From a virus (Duplodnaviria > Heunggongvirae > Uroviricota > Caudoviricetes), in IMG/VR virus record IMGVR_UViG_2896589216_000003: a stretch of 32,297 bases of DNA; one strand, written 5' to 3'. The position numbers and the translations under genes were made by a program. Below, in pieces: positions 19,478-29,678 of the stretch; the stretch's first letter is position 1, and each line of letters starts with the position of its first letter. The notes below the pieces were generated by a model. That model saw only the letters and a program-made list of their open reading frames with translations. It had not been told where the DNA came from and did no database searches.

Positions 19478-19871
19478 AGCAGTGCCTTATGTCCGTAATA
19501 ACCCGGACAAACTGCATCTGTTTGTGGATAACGGTTCGCTGGTTGCCTCCGGGGCTAGCTCCATGTCATGGGAGTACCGCTACACCCTGAACGTGGTGAT
19601 TGAAGATTTCAGCGGCGACCAGAATCTGCTGATGGCCCCGGTTTTGCTGTGGCTGCGGGATAACCAGCCCGATGCGATCAATAACCCGGCGTTACGGGAA
19701 AAGCTATTCACCTTTGAGGTGGATATTCTGCGCAACGATGTCTGTGATATCAGCCTTAACCTGCAACTGACGGAGCGTGTGCTGGTCAGCACTGACGGCA
19801 GTGTGTCGAACGTTGAAGCGGTAGCGGAACCTGATGAACCTGAAGAAATGTGGACGGTGAAACGTGGCTGA
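19419..19871 (+). CDS. R: tail completion protein, P2 gpR-like (true start may be slightly downstream)
   Basis: ...LHLFVDNGSL...YRYTLNVVIEDFSGD...LLWLRDNQPD... Confidence 0.75.
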   Translation: MRVRSEIVNKPQSLRHALNKAVPYVRNNPDKLHLFVDNGSLVASGASSMSWEYRYTLNVVIEDFSGDQNLLMAPVLLWLRDNQPDAINNPALREKLFTFEVDILRNDVCDISLNLQLTERVLVSTDGSVSNVEAVAEPDEPEEMWTVKRG

Positions 19872-20265
19872 ATTGCAGAAGGTGGACGACTGGCTGAGTG
19901 CATTATTGGCGAATCTGGAGCCAGCCGCAAGAAGCCGCATGATGCGCCAGCTGGCGCAGGAACTGCGCCGGACACAGCAGCAGAATATCAGGATGCAGCG
20001 CAATCCAGATGGCAGCAGTTATGAGCCGCGCAGGGTAACAGCACGCAGCAAAAAGGGGCGCATCAAACGTCAGATGTTTACAAAGCTGCGCACCACAAAA
20101 TACCTGAAAACTGCAGCCAGCGCCGATTCTGCCAGCGTACAGTTTGAAGGTAGGGTGCAGCGCATTGCCCGTATTCACCATTACGGCTTGAGTGATCGCG
20201 TCAGTCGAAAAGGTATTTATACCATCTATGCGAAAAGGCAGTTATTAGGTTTTAATGTCCGGTAA
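19864..20265 (+). pseudogene. S: tail completion protein, P2 gpS-like, 3'-truncated by IS1 copy 3
   Basis: Stop codon TAA (20263-20265) is formed by IS1 terminal bases; ...YAKRQLLGFNVR*. Confidence 0.7.
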
Positions 20266-20315
20266 TGCTGCCAACTTACTGATTTAGTGTATGATGGTGA
20301 TTTTAAGGTGCTTGC

Positions 20316-20591
20316 GTGGCTTCCATTTCCATCAGATGTCCTTCCTGCTCCGCTATTGAAGGCGTGGTGCGTAACGGCAAAAGAACTGCCGGACATCAGC
20401 GCTATCTCTGCTCTCATTGCCGTAAAACATGGCAACTACAGTTCACTTACACCGCCTCTCAGCCCGGTACGCACCAGAAAATCATTGATATGGCCATGAA
20501 TGGCGTCGGATGTCGCGCCAGTGCACGCATTATGGGCGTTGGCCTCAACACGGTTTTACGTCACTTAAAAAACTCAGGCCGCAGTCGGTAA
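20316..20591 (+). CDS. insA: IS1 InsA (variant isoform)
   Basis: [37 protein letters not shown]... Confidence 0.9.
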   Translation: MASISIRCPSCSAIEGVVRNGKRTAGHQRYLCSHCRKTWQLQFTYTASQPGTHQKIIDMAMNGVGCRASARIMGVGLNTVLRHLKNSGRSR

Positions 20592-21013
20592 CCTCGCGCA
20601 TACAACCGGGCAGTGATGTGATTGTCTGCGCTGAAATGGACGAACAGTGGGGCTACGTCGGTGCTAAATCACGTCAGCGCTGGCTGTTTTACGCGTATGA
20701 CAGGATACGGAGGACGGTTGTGGCGCACGTCTTCGGTGAACGCACTCTGGCCACACTGGAGCGTCTTCTGAGCCTGCTGTCGGCCTTTGAGGTCGTGGTA
20801 TGGATGACGGATGGCTGGCCGCTGTATGAATCACGCCTGAAGGGAAAGCTGCACGTTATCAGCAAGCGTTACACTCAGCGCATTGAGCGACATAATCTGA
20901 ATCTGAGACAACATCTGGCAAGGCTGGGACGGAAGTCACTGTCGTTCTCAAAATCGGTGGAGCTGCATGACAAGGTCATCGGGCATTATCTGAACATAAA
21001 ACACTATCAGTAA
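20510..21013 (+). CDS. insB: IS1 InsB frame (variant isoform)
   Basis: 167-aa ORF identical to that of copy 2. Confidence 0.9.
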   Translation: MSRQCTHYGRWPQHGFTSLKKLRPQSVTSRIQPGSDVIVCAEMDEQWGYVGAKSRQRWLFYAYDRIRRTVVAHVFGERTLATLERLLSLLSAFEVVVWMTDGWPLYESRLKGKLHVISKRYTQRIERHNLNLRQHLARLGRKSLSFSKSVELHDKVIGHYLNIKHYQ

Positions 21014-21023
21014 GTTGGCAGCA

Positions 21024-21560
21024 TTACCATGCAGCCCTCACAATATAGTTAAAAGCGACATTTCGTGGGCGTGTTTCATTCGCACCTGCAGGTTTAGTCG
21101 TTGCCGCAACAACACCACCCTCTGTAATAGCCGGGTTGGGAATTGGGTAATTATCGAAGTCAATGGCCGGAGACAGGGGCGTGATTTGTTTTAAAATCGT
21201 GGTGCCTGTAAAACTTTCCAGAGTCTGGTCGTTAGTTCGTGAAGTCCAGATTCCCCAATAGTGGTTATGACTGACAATCGCACCGTCCTGAAGCGTTAAT
21301 AATCCCCTTCCGTTATCCACTCCACGTCCGTCATCCCAGCCACGAATAAACTCACCGCGTAAATCAGGCAATTTATTTGTCGGGTAAGCCTTTGCCAGTT
21401 CCGGGTATTCTTCAGCAGAAAAAGCCGCACCATTGCATTTCAGCCAGCCTGTCGGCGGAGTGGCTGAAGGCCACGGAACAGGCACACCAACAGGTAATGC
21501 AGAGCCTTCTCCCAAACCAACGTTTAAGAAAATGCAGAGATAATGGCTAACTGGCATCAT
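21024..21560 (-). pseudogene. tail-fibre variable C-terminal cassette (inverted-orientation segment of a Gin/Pin-type shufflon), truncated by IS1 copy 3
   Basis: ...PVGVPVPWPSATPPTGWLKCNGAAFSAEEYPELAKAYPTNKLPDLRGEFIRGWDDGRGVDNGRG... conserved tail-fibre junction motif; ORF begins at the crossover-like site and runs into the IS1 end. Confidence 0.65.
21507..21532. promoter_or_regulatory. gix/hix/cix-like 26-bp imperfect palindrome: candidate invertase crossover site
   Basis: TTCTCCCAAACCAACGTTTAAGAAAA resembles gix (TTATCCAAAACCTCGGTTTACAGGAA); sits at the 5' end of the tail-fibre cassette next to the invertase gene. Confidence 0.5.
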
Positions 21561-21587
21561 CCCAGGTTTTTATTCAGGGGATTGATC

Positions 21588-22154
21588 ATGCTTATTGGCT
21601 ATGTACGCGTGTCAACAAATGACCAGAACACCGATTTGCAACGTAATGCACTGAACTGCGCGGGATGTGAGCGGATTTTTGAGGATAAAATCAGTGGCAC
21701 TAAGCCCGACAGACCGGGGCTTAAAAAACTGCTCAGGACACTATCGGCAGGAGACACGCTGGTTGTCTGGAAGCTGGACAGACTGGGACGCAGTATGCGG
21801 CATCTTGTTACGCTGATAGAAGAGTTGCGCCAGCGTGGTGTGAATTTCCGAAGCCTGACTGACAGTATTGATACCAGTACCCCAATGGGCCGTTTCTTTT
21901 TTCACGTCATGGGGGCTCTGGCTGAAATGGAACGTGAACTGATAGTTGAACGTACCAGAGCAGGGCTGGCTGCAGCTCGTGCCAAAGGCAGAGTAGGTGG
22001 ACTCCGTCCTAAGTTGACCACCGAACAGTGGGCACAGATTGGACGTTTACTCGAGGCCGGAGAATCAAGACAGCGTATTGCACTGATTTTTGATGTGGGC
22101 GTTTCTACCATTTATAGAAAATTTCCGGCGAATGAGAGCAATGAATCGCCCTGA
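21588..22154 (+). CDS. serine DNA invertase (Gin/Hin/Pin/Cin family)
   Basis: MLIGYVRVSTNDQNTDLQRNAL...LVVWKLDRLGRSM...SLTDSIDTSTPMGRFFFHVMGALAEMERELI... near-identical in pattern to Gin. Confidence 0.9.
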   Translation: MLIGYVRVSTNDQNTDLQRNALNCAGCERIFEDKISGTKPDRPGLKKLLRTLSAGDTLVVWKLDRLGRSMRHLVTLIEELRQRGVNFRSLTDSIDTSTPMGRFFFHVMGALAEMERELIVERTRAGLAAARAKGRVGGLRPKLTTEQWAQIGRLLEAGESRQRIALIFDVGVSTIYRKFPANESNESP

Positions 22155-22202
22155 GTCAGTATTATTTTGATTTTTCCTGTAAGCGGACAAATACCGTCAT
22201 TT

Positions 22203-22220
22203 TGTGTGAATAACGACACA
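22203..22220. promoter_or_regulatory. Ogr-type late-promoter activator site TGT-N12-ACA upstream of FI
   Basis: TGTGTGAATAACGACACA; centre about 85 bp upstream of the FI start codon. Confidence 0.45.
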
Positions 22221-22296
22221 ACTGCGCTTAGCTGTTTGTCAGGCACAATCACTTCAACATAGGGCGAAGCCTAATCCAATCAGGAGGTTCGCCACT

Positions 22297-23469
22297 ATGG
22301 CTCAGGATTACCACCACGGGGTGCGCGTTGTTGAAGTCAACGAAGGCACCCGATCCATTACCACGGTGAGCACCGCCATCGTGGGTATGGTCTGCACGGG
22401 CGATGATGCCGATGCAAAAATGTTTCCTCTTAATAAACCTGTGCTGATCACTGATGTGCTGACCGCCAGCGGTAAAGCGGGTGAGTCTGGCACGCTGGCC
22501 CGTTCGCTGGATGCCATCGCTGACCAGGCAAAACCCGTGACCGTTGTTGTGCGTGTGCCGCAGGGTGAAACGGAAGAAGAAACCACAACCAATATCATTG
22601 GCGCAGTGACCGCCGAGGGTAAAAAAACAGGTATGAAAGCCCTGTTATCTGCCCAGTCACAGCTCGGCGTTAAACCGCGCATTCTCGGCGTGCCAGGTCA
22701 CGACACGAAGGCGGTAGCTACTGAGTTGCTGAGCGTGGCGCAAAGCCTGCGTGGATTTGCTTACCTGTCAGCGTATGGTTGCAAGACGGTGCAGGAAGCA
22801 ATCACTTACCGTGAAAACTTCAGTCAGCGTGAAGGAATGCTGATCTGGCCCGACTTTACTGGCTGGGACACGGTGCTGAATGCCGAAGCAACGGCTTATG
22901 CCACCGCCCGTGCGCTCGGTCTGCGCGCTAAAATTGATGAGCAGACCGGATGGCACAAAAGCCTGTCCAACGTGGGCGTGAACGGTGTCACCGGAATTTC
23001 TGCTGATGTGTTCTGGGATCTGCAGAACCCGGCAACCGATGCAGGTCTGCTTAACCAGAACGATATCACCACGCTTATCCGCAAAGACGGTTTCCGCTTC
23101 TGGGGTTCCCGCTGTCTGAGCGATGATCCGCTCTTTGCCTTCGAAAACTACACCCGCACGGCGCAGGTGCTGATGGACACGATGGCAGAAGCGCACATGT
23201 GGGCGGTGGACAAACCGCTGAACCCGTCGCTGGCCCGCGACATTATCGAAGGTATCCGCGCCAAAATGCGTAGCCTGGTCAGTCAGGGCTATCTCATTGG
23301 TGGTGATTGCTGGCTGGACGAGTCGGTGAACGATAAAGACACGCTGAAAGCCGGGAAACTCACCATCGATTACGACTACACGCCAGTGCCGCCACTTGAA
23401 AACCTGATGCTGCGTCAGCGCATCACCGATCAGTACCTGGTGAATTTCTCCAGCCAGGTCAGCGCGTAA
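22297..23469 (+). CDS. FI: contractile tail sheath protein, P2 gpFI-like
   Basis: 390 aa; RBS AGGAGG; [17 protein letters not shown]... Confidence 0.9.
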   Translation: MAQDYHHGVRVVEVNEGTRSITTVSTAIVGMVCTGDDADAKMFPLNKPVLITDVLTASGKAGESGTLARSLDAIADQAKPVTVVVRVPQGETEEETTTNIIGAVTAEGKKTGMKALLSAQSQLGVKPRILGVPGHDTKAVATELLSVAQSLRGFAYLSAYGCKTVQEAITYRENFSQREGMLIWPDFTGWDTVLNAEATAYATARALGLRAKIDEQTGWHKSLSNVGVNGVTGISADVFWDLQNPATDAGLLNQNDITTLIRKDGFRFWGSRCLSDDPLFAFENYTRTAQVLMDTMAEAHMWAVDKPLNPSLARDIIEGIRAKMRSLVSQGYLIGGDCWLDESVNDKDTLKAGKLTIDYDYTPVPPLENLMLRQRITDQYLVNFSSQVSA

Positions 23470-23478
23470 GGGGACAAC

Positions 23479-23994
23479 ATGGCTTTACCACGCAAATTAA
23501 AACACCTGAACCTGTTTAACGACGGGAACAACTGGCAGGGGATCGTTGAGTCGCTGACGCTGCCGAAATTCACCCGCAAATATGAGAAGTATCGCGGCGG
23601 CGGTATGCCCGGAGCGGTGGATGTGGATCTGGGACTGGATGACAGTGCACTGGATACAGAATTTTCCATTGGTGGTACTGAACTGCTGCTGTTTAAGCAG
23701 ATGGGCAAAGCCACGGTGGATGGCATCCAGCTGCGCTTTACCGGCTCTATTCAGCGTGATGATACCGGGGAAGTGCAGGCCGTGGAGCTTGTGGTGCGTG
23801 GACGTCACAAAGAAGTAGATTCCGGCGAGTGGAAGACGGGCGAAAGCAACACTACCAAAGTGACCAGTACCAACAGCTACGCGAAGCTGACCATCAATGG
23901 TGAGGTGCTCTATGAAGTGGACCTGATCAACATGGTGGAAATTGTGGACGGTGTGGACCTGATGGAAGCGCACCGCAACGCCCTCGGCCTCTGA
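23479..23994 (+). CDS. FII: tail tube protein, P2 gpFII-like
   Basis: 171 aa; MALPRKLKHLNLFNDGNNWQG... Confidence 0.9.
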   Translation: MALPRKLKHLNLFNDGNNWQGIVESLTLPKFTRKYEKYRGGGMPGAVDVDLGLDDSALDTEFSIGGTELLLFKQMGKATVDGIQLRFTGSIQRDDTGEVQAVELVVRGRHKEVDSGEWKTGESNTTKVTSTNSYAKLTINGEVLYEVDLINMVEIVDGVDLMEAHRNALGL

Positions 23995-24048
23995 TGTATC
24001 TGAACGGCGCGGAATGCCGCGCCAGAACCTAATTTACAGGACAACAAA

Positions 24049-24351
24049 ATGAGCGATAAGCAGACTGAAAAGACCATTCAACTGGATACTCCCATCATGC
24101 GCGGTAAAACAGAAATTACCGAAATTGTGTTGCGTAAACCGCAGTCCGGTGCGCTGCGCGGCACACGCCTGCAGGCCATTATGGATATGGATGTGAACGC
24201 GATGATGACCGTGATCCCCCGCATCTCCAGTCCGGCACTGACTGCACAGGAAATTGCAGAGATGGACCCGGCAGATCTCACTGCCATGTCGGTTGAGGTT
24301 GTCACTTTTTTGTTGAAGAAGTCGGTGCTTGCCGGTTTACCGACAGCCTGA
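24049..24351 (+). CDS. E: tail assembly chaperone, P2 gpE-like (E' extension to 24485 by -1 frameshift)
   Basis: 100 aa; the -1 frame is open from the slippery site to TGA 24483-24485 (...IFHWPPSVTDVMPLTEVLEWRDKAIQRSGASHE*). Confidence 0.85.
   Translation: MSDKQTEKTIQLDTPIMRGKTEITEIVLRKPQSGALRGTRLQAIMDMDVNAMMTVIPRISSPALTAQEIAEMDPADLTAMSVEVVTFLLKKSVLAGLPTA
24306..24312 (+). promoter_or_regulatory. programmed -1 frameshift slippery heptamer TTTTTTG (E to E+E')
   Basis: T6G seen at the 3' end of E with an open -1 frame after it; matches the conserved P2-family tail chaperone frameshift. Confidence 0.7.
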
Positions 24352-24477
24352 CGGTTGACGATCTGGTGGCTGATATCGCCACCATCTTTCACTGGCCGCC
24401 ATCCGTTACTGACGTTATGCCGCTGACCGAAGTGCTGGAATGGCGGGATAAAGCGATTCAGAGAAGCGGGGCCAGCC

Positions 24478-27400
24478 ATGAGTGACAATAACCTGCGTCT
24501 GCAGGTGATTCTTAATGCGGTTGACAAACTCACCCGCCCATTTCGATCCGCGCAGGCCAGTTCAAGAGAACTGGCTGCTGCTGTCAAAAAATCCCGCGAT
24601 GCAATAAAGCAGCTTGATCAGGCCGGGAGCAGTCTGGACAGCTTCCGAAAGCTGCAGGCAGAAAATCAGAAATTAGGCGACAGGCTGAACTATGCCCGCC
24701 AGCGTGCAAATTTGCTCAGTCAGGAACTGGGAGCGATGGGGCCGCCTTCGCAACGTCAGGTTGTTGCTCTGGGCCGTCAACGGCTGGCTGTTCAGCGCCT
24801 GGAAGAACGCCAGAAAAAGCTGCAGCAGCAGACGGCGCTTGTGCGTGCAGAACTTTATCGTGCTGGTATTTCAGCTAATGATGGCGCCAGTGCGACGGCC
24901 CGCATTACCCGTGAAACGATGCGTTATAACAGGCAGCTTTCTGAGCAGGAAGCGAGGTTACGACGTGTCGGGGAGCAACAGCGAAAAATGCACGCCGCCC
25001 GGGGGCTTACGCCAGGCGTCTTGAGGTAAGGGATCGTATTGCAGGTGCCGGAGCCACCACCACGGCTGCAGGGCTGGCAATGGGCGCACCAGTGATGGCG
25101 GCAGTAAAAAGCTATACCAGCATGGAAGATGCCATGAAAGGTGTGGCAAAGCAGGTCAATGGTCTGCGTGACGATAATGGCAACCGCACTGCGCGTTTTT
25201 ACGAAATGCAGGGTGCCATCAAGGCTGCCAGCGAACAGTTGCCGATGGAAAACGGTGCTGTGGACTTCGCCGCACTGGTTGAAGGTGGTGCGCGCATGAA
25301 CGTCGCAAACCCTGACGACAGCTGGGAAGACCAGAAACGTGACCTGCTGGCCTTCGCCAGCACGGCGGCAAAGGCGGCAACAGCCTTTGAACTGCCAGCG
25401 GATGAACTGTCAGAAAGTCTGGGGAAAATCGCCCAGCTCTACAAAATCCCTACCCGCAATATTGAGCAGCTCGGTGATGCGCTGAACTATCTGGATGATA
25501 ACGCCATGTCGAAAGGGGCGGACATCATTGATGTCATGCAACGCCTGGGCGGTGTGGCTGACCGTCTGGATTATCGTAAAGCGGCGGCGCTGGGTTCCAC
25601 CTTCCTGACACTCGGCGCTGCGCCTGAGGTTGCAGCCAGTGCAGCAAACGCGATGGTGCGTGAATTGTCCATTGCCACCATGCAAAGCAAGAGTTTCTTT
25701 GAAGGGATGAATCTGCTGAAACTCAATCCAGAAGTGATTGAAAAGCAGATGACGAAGGATGCGATGGGAACTATCCAGCGGGTGCTGGAGAAGGTGAATG
25801 CGCTGCCACAGGATAAGCGCCTGTCTGCCATGACCATGTTGTTTGGTAAAGAGTTTGGCGATGACGCAGCGAAACTGGCAAACAACCTGCCGGAACTTCA
25901 GCGCCAGTTAAAACTGACTGCGGGCAATGATGCGCTCGGTTCCATGCAGAAAGAATCCGACATCAACAAGGATTCACTTTCTGCTCAGTGGTTGCTGGTC
26001 AAAACCGGAGCACAGAACACCTTCAGCAGCCTGGGGGAAACGCTGCGCCAGCCGCTGATGGATATTCTGTACACGGTGAAAAGCGTCACGGGGGCGTTGC
26101 GTCGCTGGGTGGAAGCTAACCCGGAACTGACGGGCACTCTGATGAAAGTAGCCGCTGTGGTAGCTGCCGTTACCGTGGGCCTCGGCACCTTAGAGGTGGC
26201 GCTGGCTGCAGTGCTGGGGCCGCTGGCAGTCATCCGTCTGGGATTCTCTGTGCTGGGTATCAAAACGTTACCTTCCGTTACGGCAGCAGTAACCCGAACC
26301 AGCAACGCGTTGTCCTGGCTGGCTGGCGCACCACTGGCACTGCTGCGACGCGGGCTTGCTTCATCGGGCAACGCTGCAGGTTTACTTACTGCGCCGTTGT
26401 CGTCTTTGCGCCGCACGGCATCACTGACGGGAAATGTCCTGAAAACTGTAGCAGGTGCGCCGGTTGCACTTTTGCGGGTCTGGATTATCCGGTTTACGTG
26501 CGGTTGCTGTGATGTTTATGAATCCACTGGCGGTACTACGCGGCGGACTGGCTGCCACAGGCACGGTGCTGCGTATGCTCGCATCCGGTCCACTGGCGAT
26601 GCTGCGCGTTGCCCTGTATGCCGTCTCTGGTCTGTTAGGTGCTCTGCTCAGTCTGATAGGTCTTGTGGTTACTGCACTGGCGGGTGTGGCGCTGGTTGTC
26701 TGGAAATACTGGCAGCCCATCACCACATTTCTCGGTGGCGTGGTGGAAGGATTCAAAGCGGCGGCAGGTCCTGTCAGTGCCGCGTTCGAACCGCTTAAGC
26801 CTGTGTTCCAGTGGATTGGCGACAAAGTACAGGCGCTGTGGGGCTGGTTTACTGATCTGCTGACGCCCGTTAAGTCGACCTCTGCCGAACTGCAGAGTGC
26901 AGCGGCAATGGGGCGACGATTCGGGGAGGCTCTGGCGGAAGGGCTGAATATGGTCATGCATCCGCTGGACTCCCTGAAATCCGGCGTTTCCTGGTTGCTG
27001 GAGAAACTTGGCATTGTCAGTAAAGAGGCCGCAAAGGCGAAACTGCCGGAAAGCGTGACGCGTCAGCAACCTGCGACGGTGAATGCAGACGGTAAAGTGA
27101 TGATGCCATCGGGTGGTTTTCCGTCATGGGGATATGGCTTTGCGGGGATGTATGACAGCGGCGGGTATATCCCGCGCGGGCAGTTTGGCATCGTCGGTGA
27201 AAACGGGCCGGAAATTGTTAACGGCCCGGCAAATGTGACCAGCCGGAGAAATACAGCTGCACTGGCTGCCGTTGTTGCCGGAATGATGGGTGTTGCTGCT
27301 ACGCCAGCAGAGCTTCCACCGTTGCACCCTTTGGCACTTCCCGCGAAAGGCGGTGAAGCGATGGTGAGTCGTGCAGCCACTGTGCCGCCCGTTCAACGGA

Positions 27401-27555
27401 TTGAGGCACCGATGCAGATCATCATTCAAACGCAGCCAGGACAAAGTGCGCAGGATATTGCGCGGGAGGTGGCCCGCCAGCTTGATGAACGTGAACGCAG
27501 GCTGAAGGCAAAAGCCAGGAGTAACTACAGCGATCAGGGGGGATACGACGCATGA
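24478..27555 (+). pseudogene. T: tail tape measure protein (P2 gpT-like) with two frame discontinuities (about 24999-25005 and about 26483-26511); genuine lesions or sequencing errors
   Basis: Three ORFs (24478..25029, 25080..26798, 26455..27555) tile the gene in frames 1/0/1; first break is in a G5 run; ORF2 tail reads as out-of-frame nonsense. Confidence 0.7.
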
Positions 27556-28037
27556 TGATGGTGCTGGGATTGTACGTGTTTATGCTGCGCACCGTGCCGT
27601 ATCAGGAGCTGCAGTATCAACGCAGCTGGCGACATGCGGCAAACAGCCGGGTAAACCGACGCCCGTCAACGCAGTTTCTGGGACCGGACAACGACATGCT
27701 GACGCTTTCTGGTGTTCTTATGCCGGAGGTAACGGGCGGCAGGCTGTCGTTGCTGGCTCTGGAGCAGATGGCAGAACAGGGAAAAGCATGGCCCCTGATT
27801 GAAGGCAGCGGCACGATTTACGGCATGTATGTGATTGAGGGACTGAATCAGACTAAAACGGAGTTTTTCCGCGACGGTATGCCGCGCCGGATTGAGTTCA
27901 CCCTGTCGCTAAAACGCGTGGATGAATCCCTGTCCGATATGTTCGGTGATCTCAGTGCGCAACTGAATAATCTGCAGGGAACGGCAACATCTGCCTTAAG
28001 CGATATCAGTAAAACGGTGGGAGGGCTGCTGTCGTGA
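27552..28037 (+). CDS. U: tail protein, P2 gpU-like
   Basis: 161 aa; position after T. Confidence 0.85.
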   Translation: MMMVLGLYVFMLRTVPYQELQYQRSWRHAANSRVNRRPSTQFLGPDNDMLTLSGVLMPEVTGGRLSLLALEQMAEQGKAWPLIEGSGTIYGMYVIEGLNQTKTEFFRDGMPRRIEFTLSLKRVDESLSDMFGDLSAQLNNLQGTATSALSDISKTVGGLLS

Positions 28038-29134
28038 ATTTCAGCTCTGAACTGCTTAACAAAGGCAACAAAACTCCGGCATTCAGCATCAGTATTGAAG
28101 GCAGGGATATCACCACTGTGCTGGACAACCGCCTGATGGGGCTGACGCTGACGGATAACCGGGGCTTTGAGGCGGACCAGCTTGATCTGGAGCTGGACGA
28201 CGCCGATGGAAAAATCGTGCTGCCGCGCCGTGGGGCTGTCATTACGCTGGCGCTGGGCTGGAAGGGACAGCCGCTTTTCCCGAAAGGGGCATTCACGGTG
28301 GACGAGATTGAACACACTGGCGCACCGGATCGCCTGACTATCCGGGCGCGAAGTGCTGATTTTCGTGAAACGCTGAATACCCGCCGTGAAAAGTCGTGGC
28401 ACAAGACCACCGTTGGGGAAGTGGTGAAGGAAATAGCTGCGCGGCACAAACTGAAGATGGCATTGGGTGAAGACTTGTCGGATAAACTCGTGGAGCATAT
28501 AGACCAGACTAATGAGAGTGACGGCAGTTTTTTGATGCGGCTGGCGCGCCAGTACGGTGCTATTGCGTCGGTGAAAAATGGCAATCTGTTATTCATCCGG
28601 CAGGGGCAGGGTAAAAGCGCCAGCGGTAAACCACTACCGGTGATCACTATCACACGCAAGGACGGCGACAGTCACCGCTTTACCCTGGCAGATCGCGGAG
28701 CTTACACGGGCGTCATTGCCAGCTGGTTGCATACCCGCGAACCCGCGAAGAAAGAAAGCACCACTGTGAAGCGTAAGCGCAGGACTAAGAAGCAGAAGAA
28801 AGAGCCGGAAGCGAAGCAGGGCGATTACCTGGTGGGTACGGATGAAAACGTGCTGGTACTTAATCGCACTTATGCCAACCGGAGCAACGCCGAACGGGCA
28901 GCGAAAATGCAGTGGGAACGCCTGCAACGCGGCGTTGCATCATTCTCGCTACAACTGGCGGAAGGGCGGGCAGATCTCTACACAGAAATGCCTGTGAAGG
29001 TCAGTGGCTTTAAACAGCCGATAGATGATGCGGAATGGACCATTACGACTCTGACGCATACTGTCAGCCCGGATAACGGTTTTACGACCAGTCTGGAGCT
29101 TGAAGTGAGGATTGATGATTTCGAAATGGAATGA
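28034..29134 (+). CDS. D: tail protein, P2 gpD-like
   Basis: 366 aa; position after U, before ogr. Confidence 0.85.
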   Translation: MNFSSELLNKGNKTPAFSISIEGRDITTVLDNRLMGLTLTDNRGFEADQLDLELDDADGKIVLPRRGAVITLALGWKGQPLFPKGAFTVDEIEHTGAPDRLTIRARSADFRETLNTRREKSWHKTTVGEVVKEIAARHKLKMALGEDLSDKLVEHIDQTNESDGSFLMRLARQYGAIASVKNGNLLFIRQGQGKSASGKPLPVITITRKDGDSHRFTLADRGAYTGVIASWLHTREPAKKESTTVKRKRRTKKQKKEPEAKQGDYLVGTDENVLVLNRTYANRSNAERAAKMQWERLQRGVASFSLQLAEGRADLYTEMPVKVSGFKQPIDDAEWTITTLTHTVSPDNGFTTSLELEVRIDDFEME

Positions 29135-29224
29135 TTCTTCGCAATGGAGAACTTTTAAGTTTGCAAAATGGAATAATGCGGTATCATTATTGTGAATTTA
29201 GCAAAAATGGGGAGAACTCGAAAA

Positions 29225-29443
29225 ATGATGATTTGCCCACTGTGTGGAAGTGCCGCCCATACTCGCAGCAGTTTTCAGGTATCTTCATTGACCAAAGAGC
29301 GTTACAACCAGTGCCAGAACATTAACTGCAGCCATACTTTTGTTACCCATGAAACTTTTGTTCGTTCGATTGCAACGCCAAAAGAGTCAAATCCGGTTCA
29401 GCCGCATCCAATGAAATCAGGACAGGTGGCGCTCTCTCTTTGA
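29225..29443 (+). CDS. ogr: Ogr/Delta-type zinc-finger late-gene transcription activator
   Basis: 72 aa from ATG 29225 (RBS GGGGA); CPLCGSAAHTR...YNQCQNINCSHTF zinc-finger pattern as in P2 Ogr. Confidence 0.85.
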   Translation: MMICPLCGSAAHTRSSFQVSSLTKERYNQCQNINCSHTFVTHETFVRSIATPKESNPVQPHPMKSGQVALSL

Positions 29444-29529
29444 CGCTGCCGCCATTTTGTCGCCATCGTTAAAAAACAGTGCTTCTAACATCATGATTTT
29501 AAAAGGCATAAATTTCAGACAACAAAAAA

Positions 29530-29566
29530 CCCATCAACCTTGAACCGAAATGGCGGGGTTGATGGG
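29530..29566 (-). terminator. rho-independent terminator downstream of ybjL (minus-strand sense)
   Basis: CCCATCAACC ... GGTTGATGGG 10-bp stems with a 17-nt loop, followed on the minus strand by a T6 run. Confidence 0.5.
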
Positions 29567-29678
29567 CTCCACAAAATGGGGACATCAAAGAAAAGCAGTG
29601 GCACTAATTAAGACTGATGCCCTGCGGAAAAGTTCTGCGGTTGTGCAAAAAAATTTCATTTTCAGGGCAACTTCAGTT

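Larger units (their letters stand above)
20261..21028 (+). mobile_element. IS1 copy 3 (768 bp, variant isoform, perfect terminal inverted repeats); no target duplication (deletion junction)
   Basis: GGTAATGCTGCCAACTTACTGAT ... ATCAGTAAGTTGGCAGCATTACC; flanks TTAATGTCC versus ATGCAGCCC differ. Confidence 0.95.

Noticed and set aside
7397-21028. Composite transposon formed by the two variant IS1 copies
   Set aside because: Outer flanks do not share a target duplication; copy 2 has its own intact 9-bp duplication and copy 3 has none, which fits independent insertion plus deletion rather than en-bloc transposition.
22308-23196. Minus-strand ORFs inside FI (22308..22682, 22768..23196)
   Set aside because: Contained within the well-supported tail-sheath gene; no independent support.
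25080-26798. 572-aa ORF as an independent gene
   Set aside because: Its upstream frame is open back into the preceding tape-measure ORF and its last 90 or so residues are low-complexity out-of-frame translation; it is the middle part of gpT.
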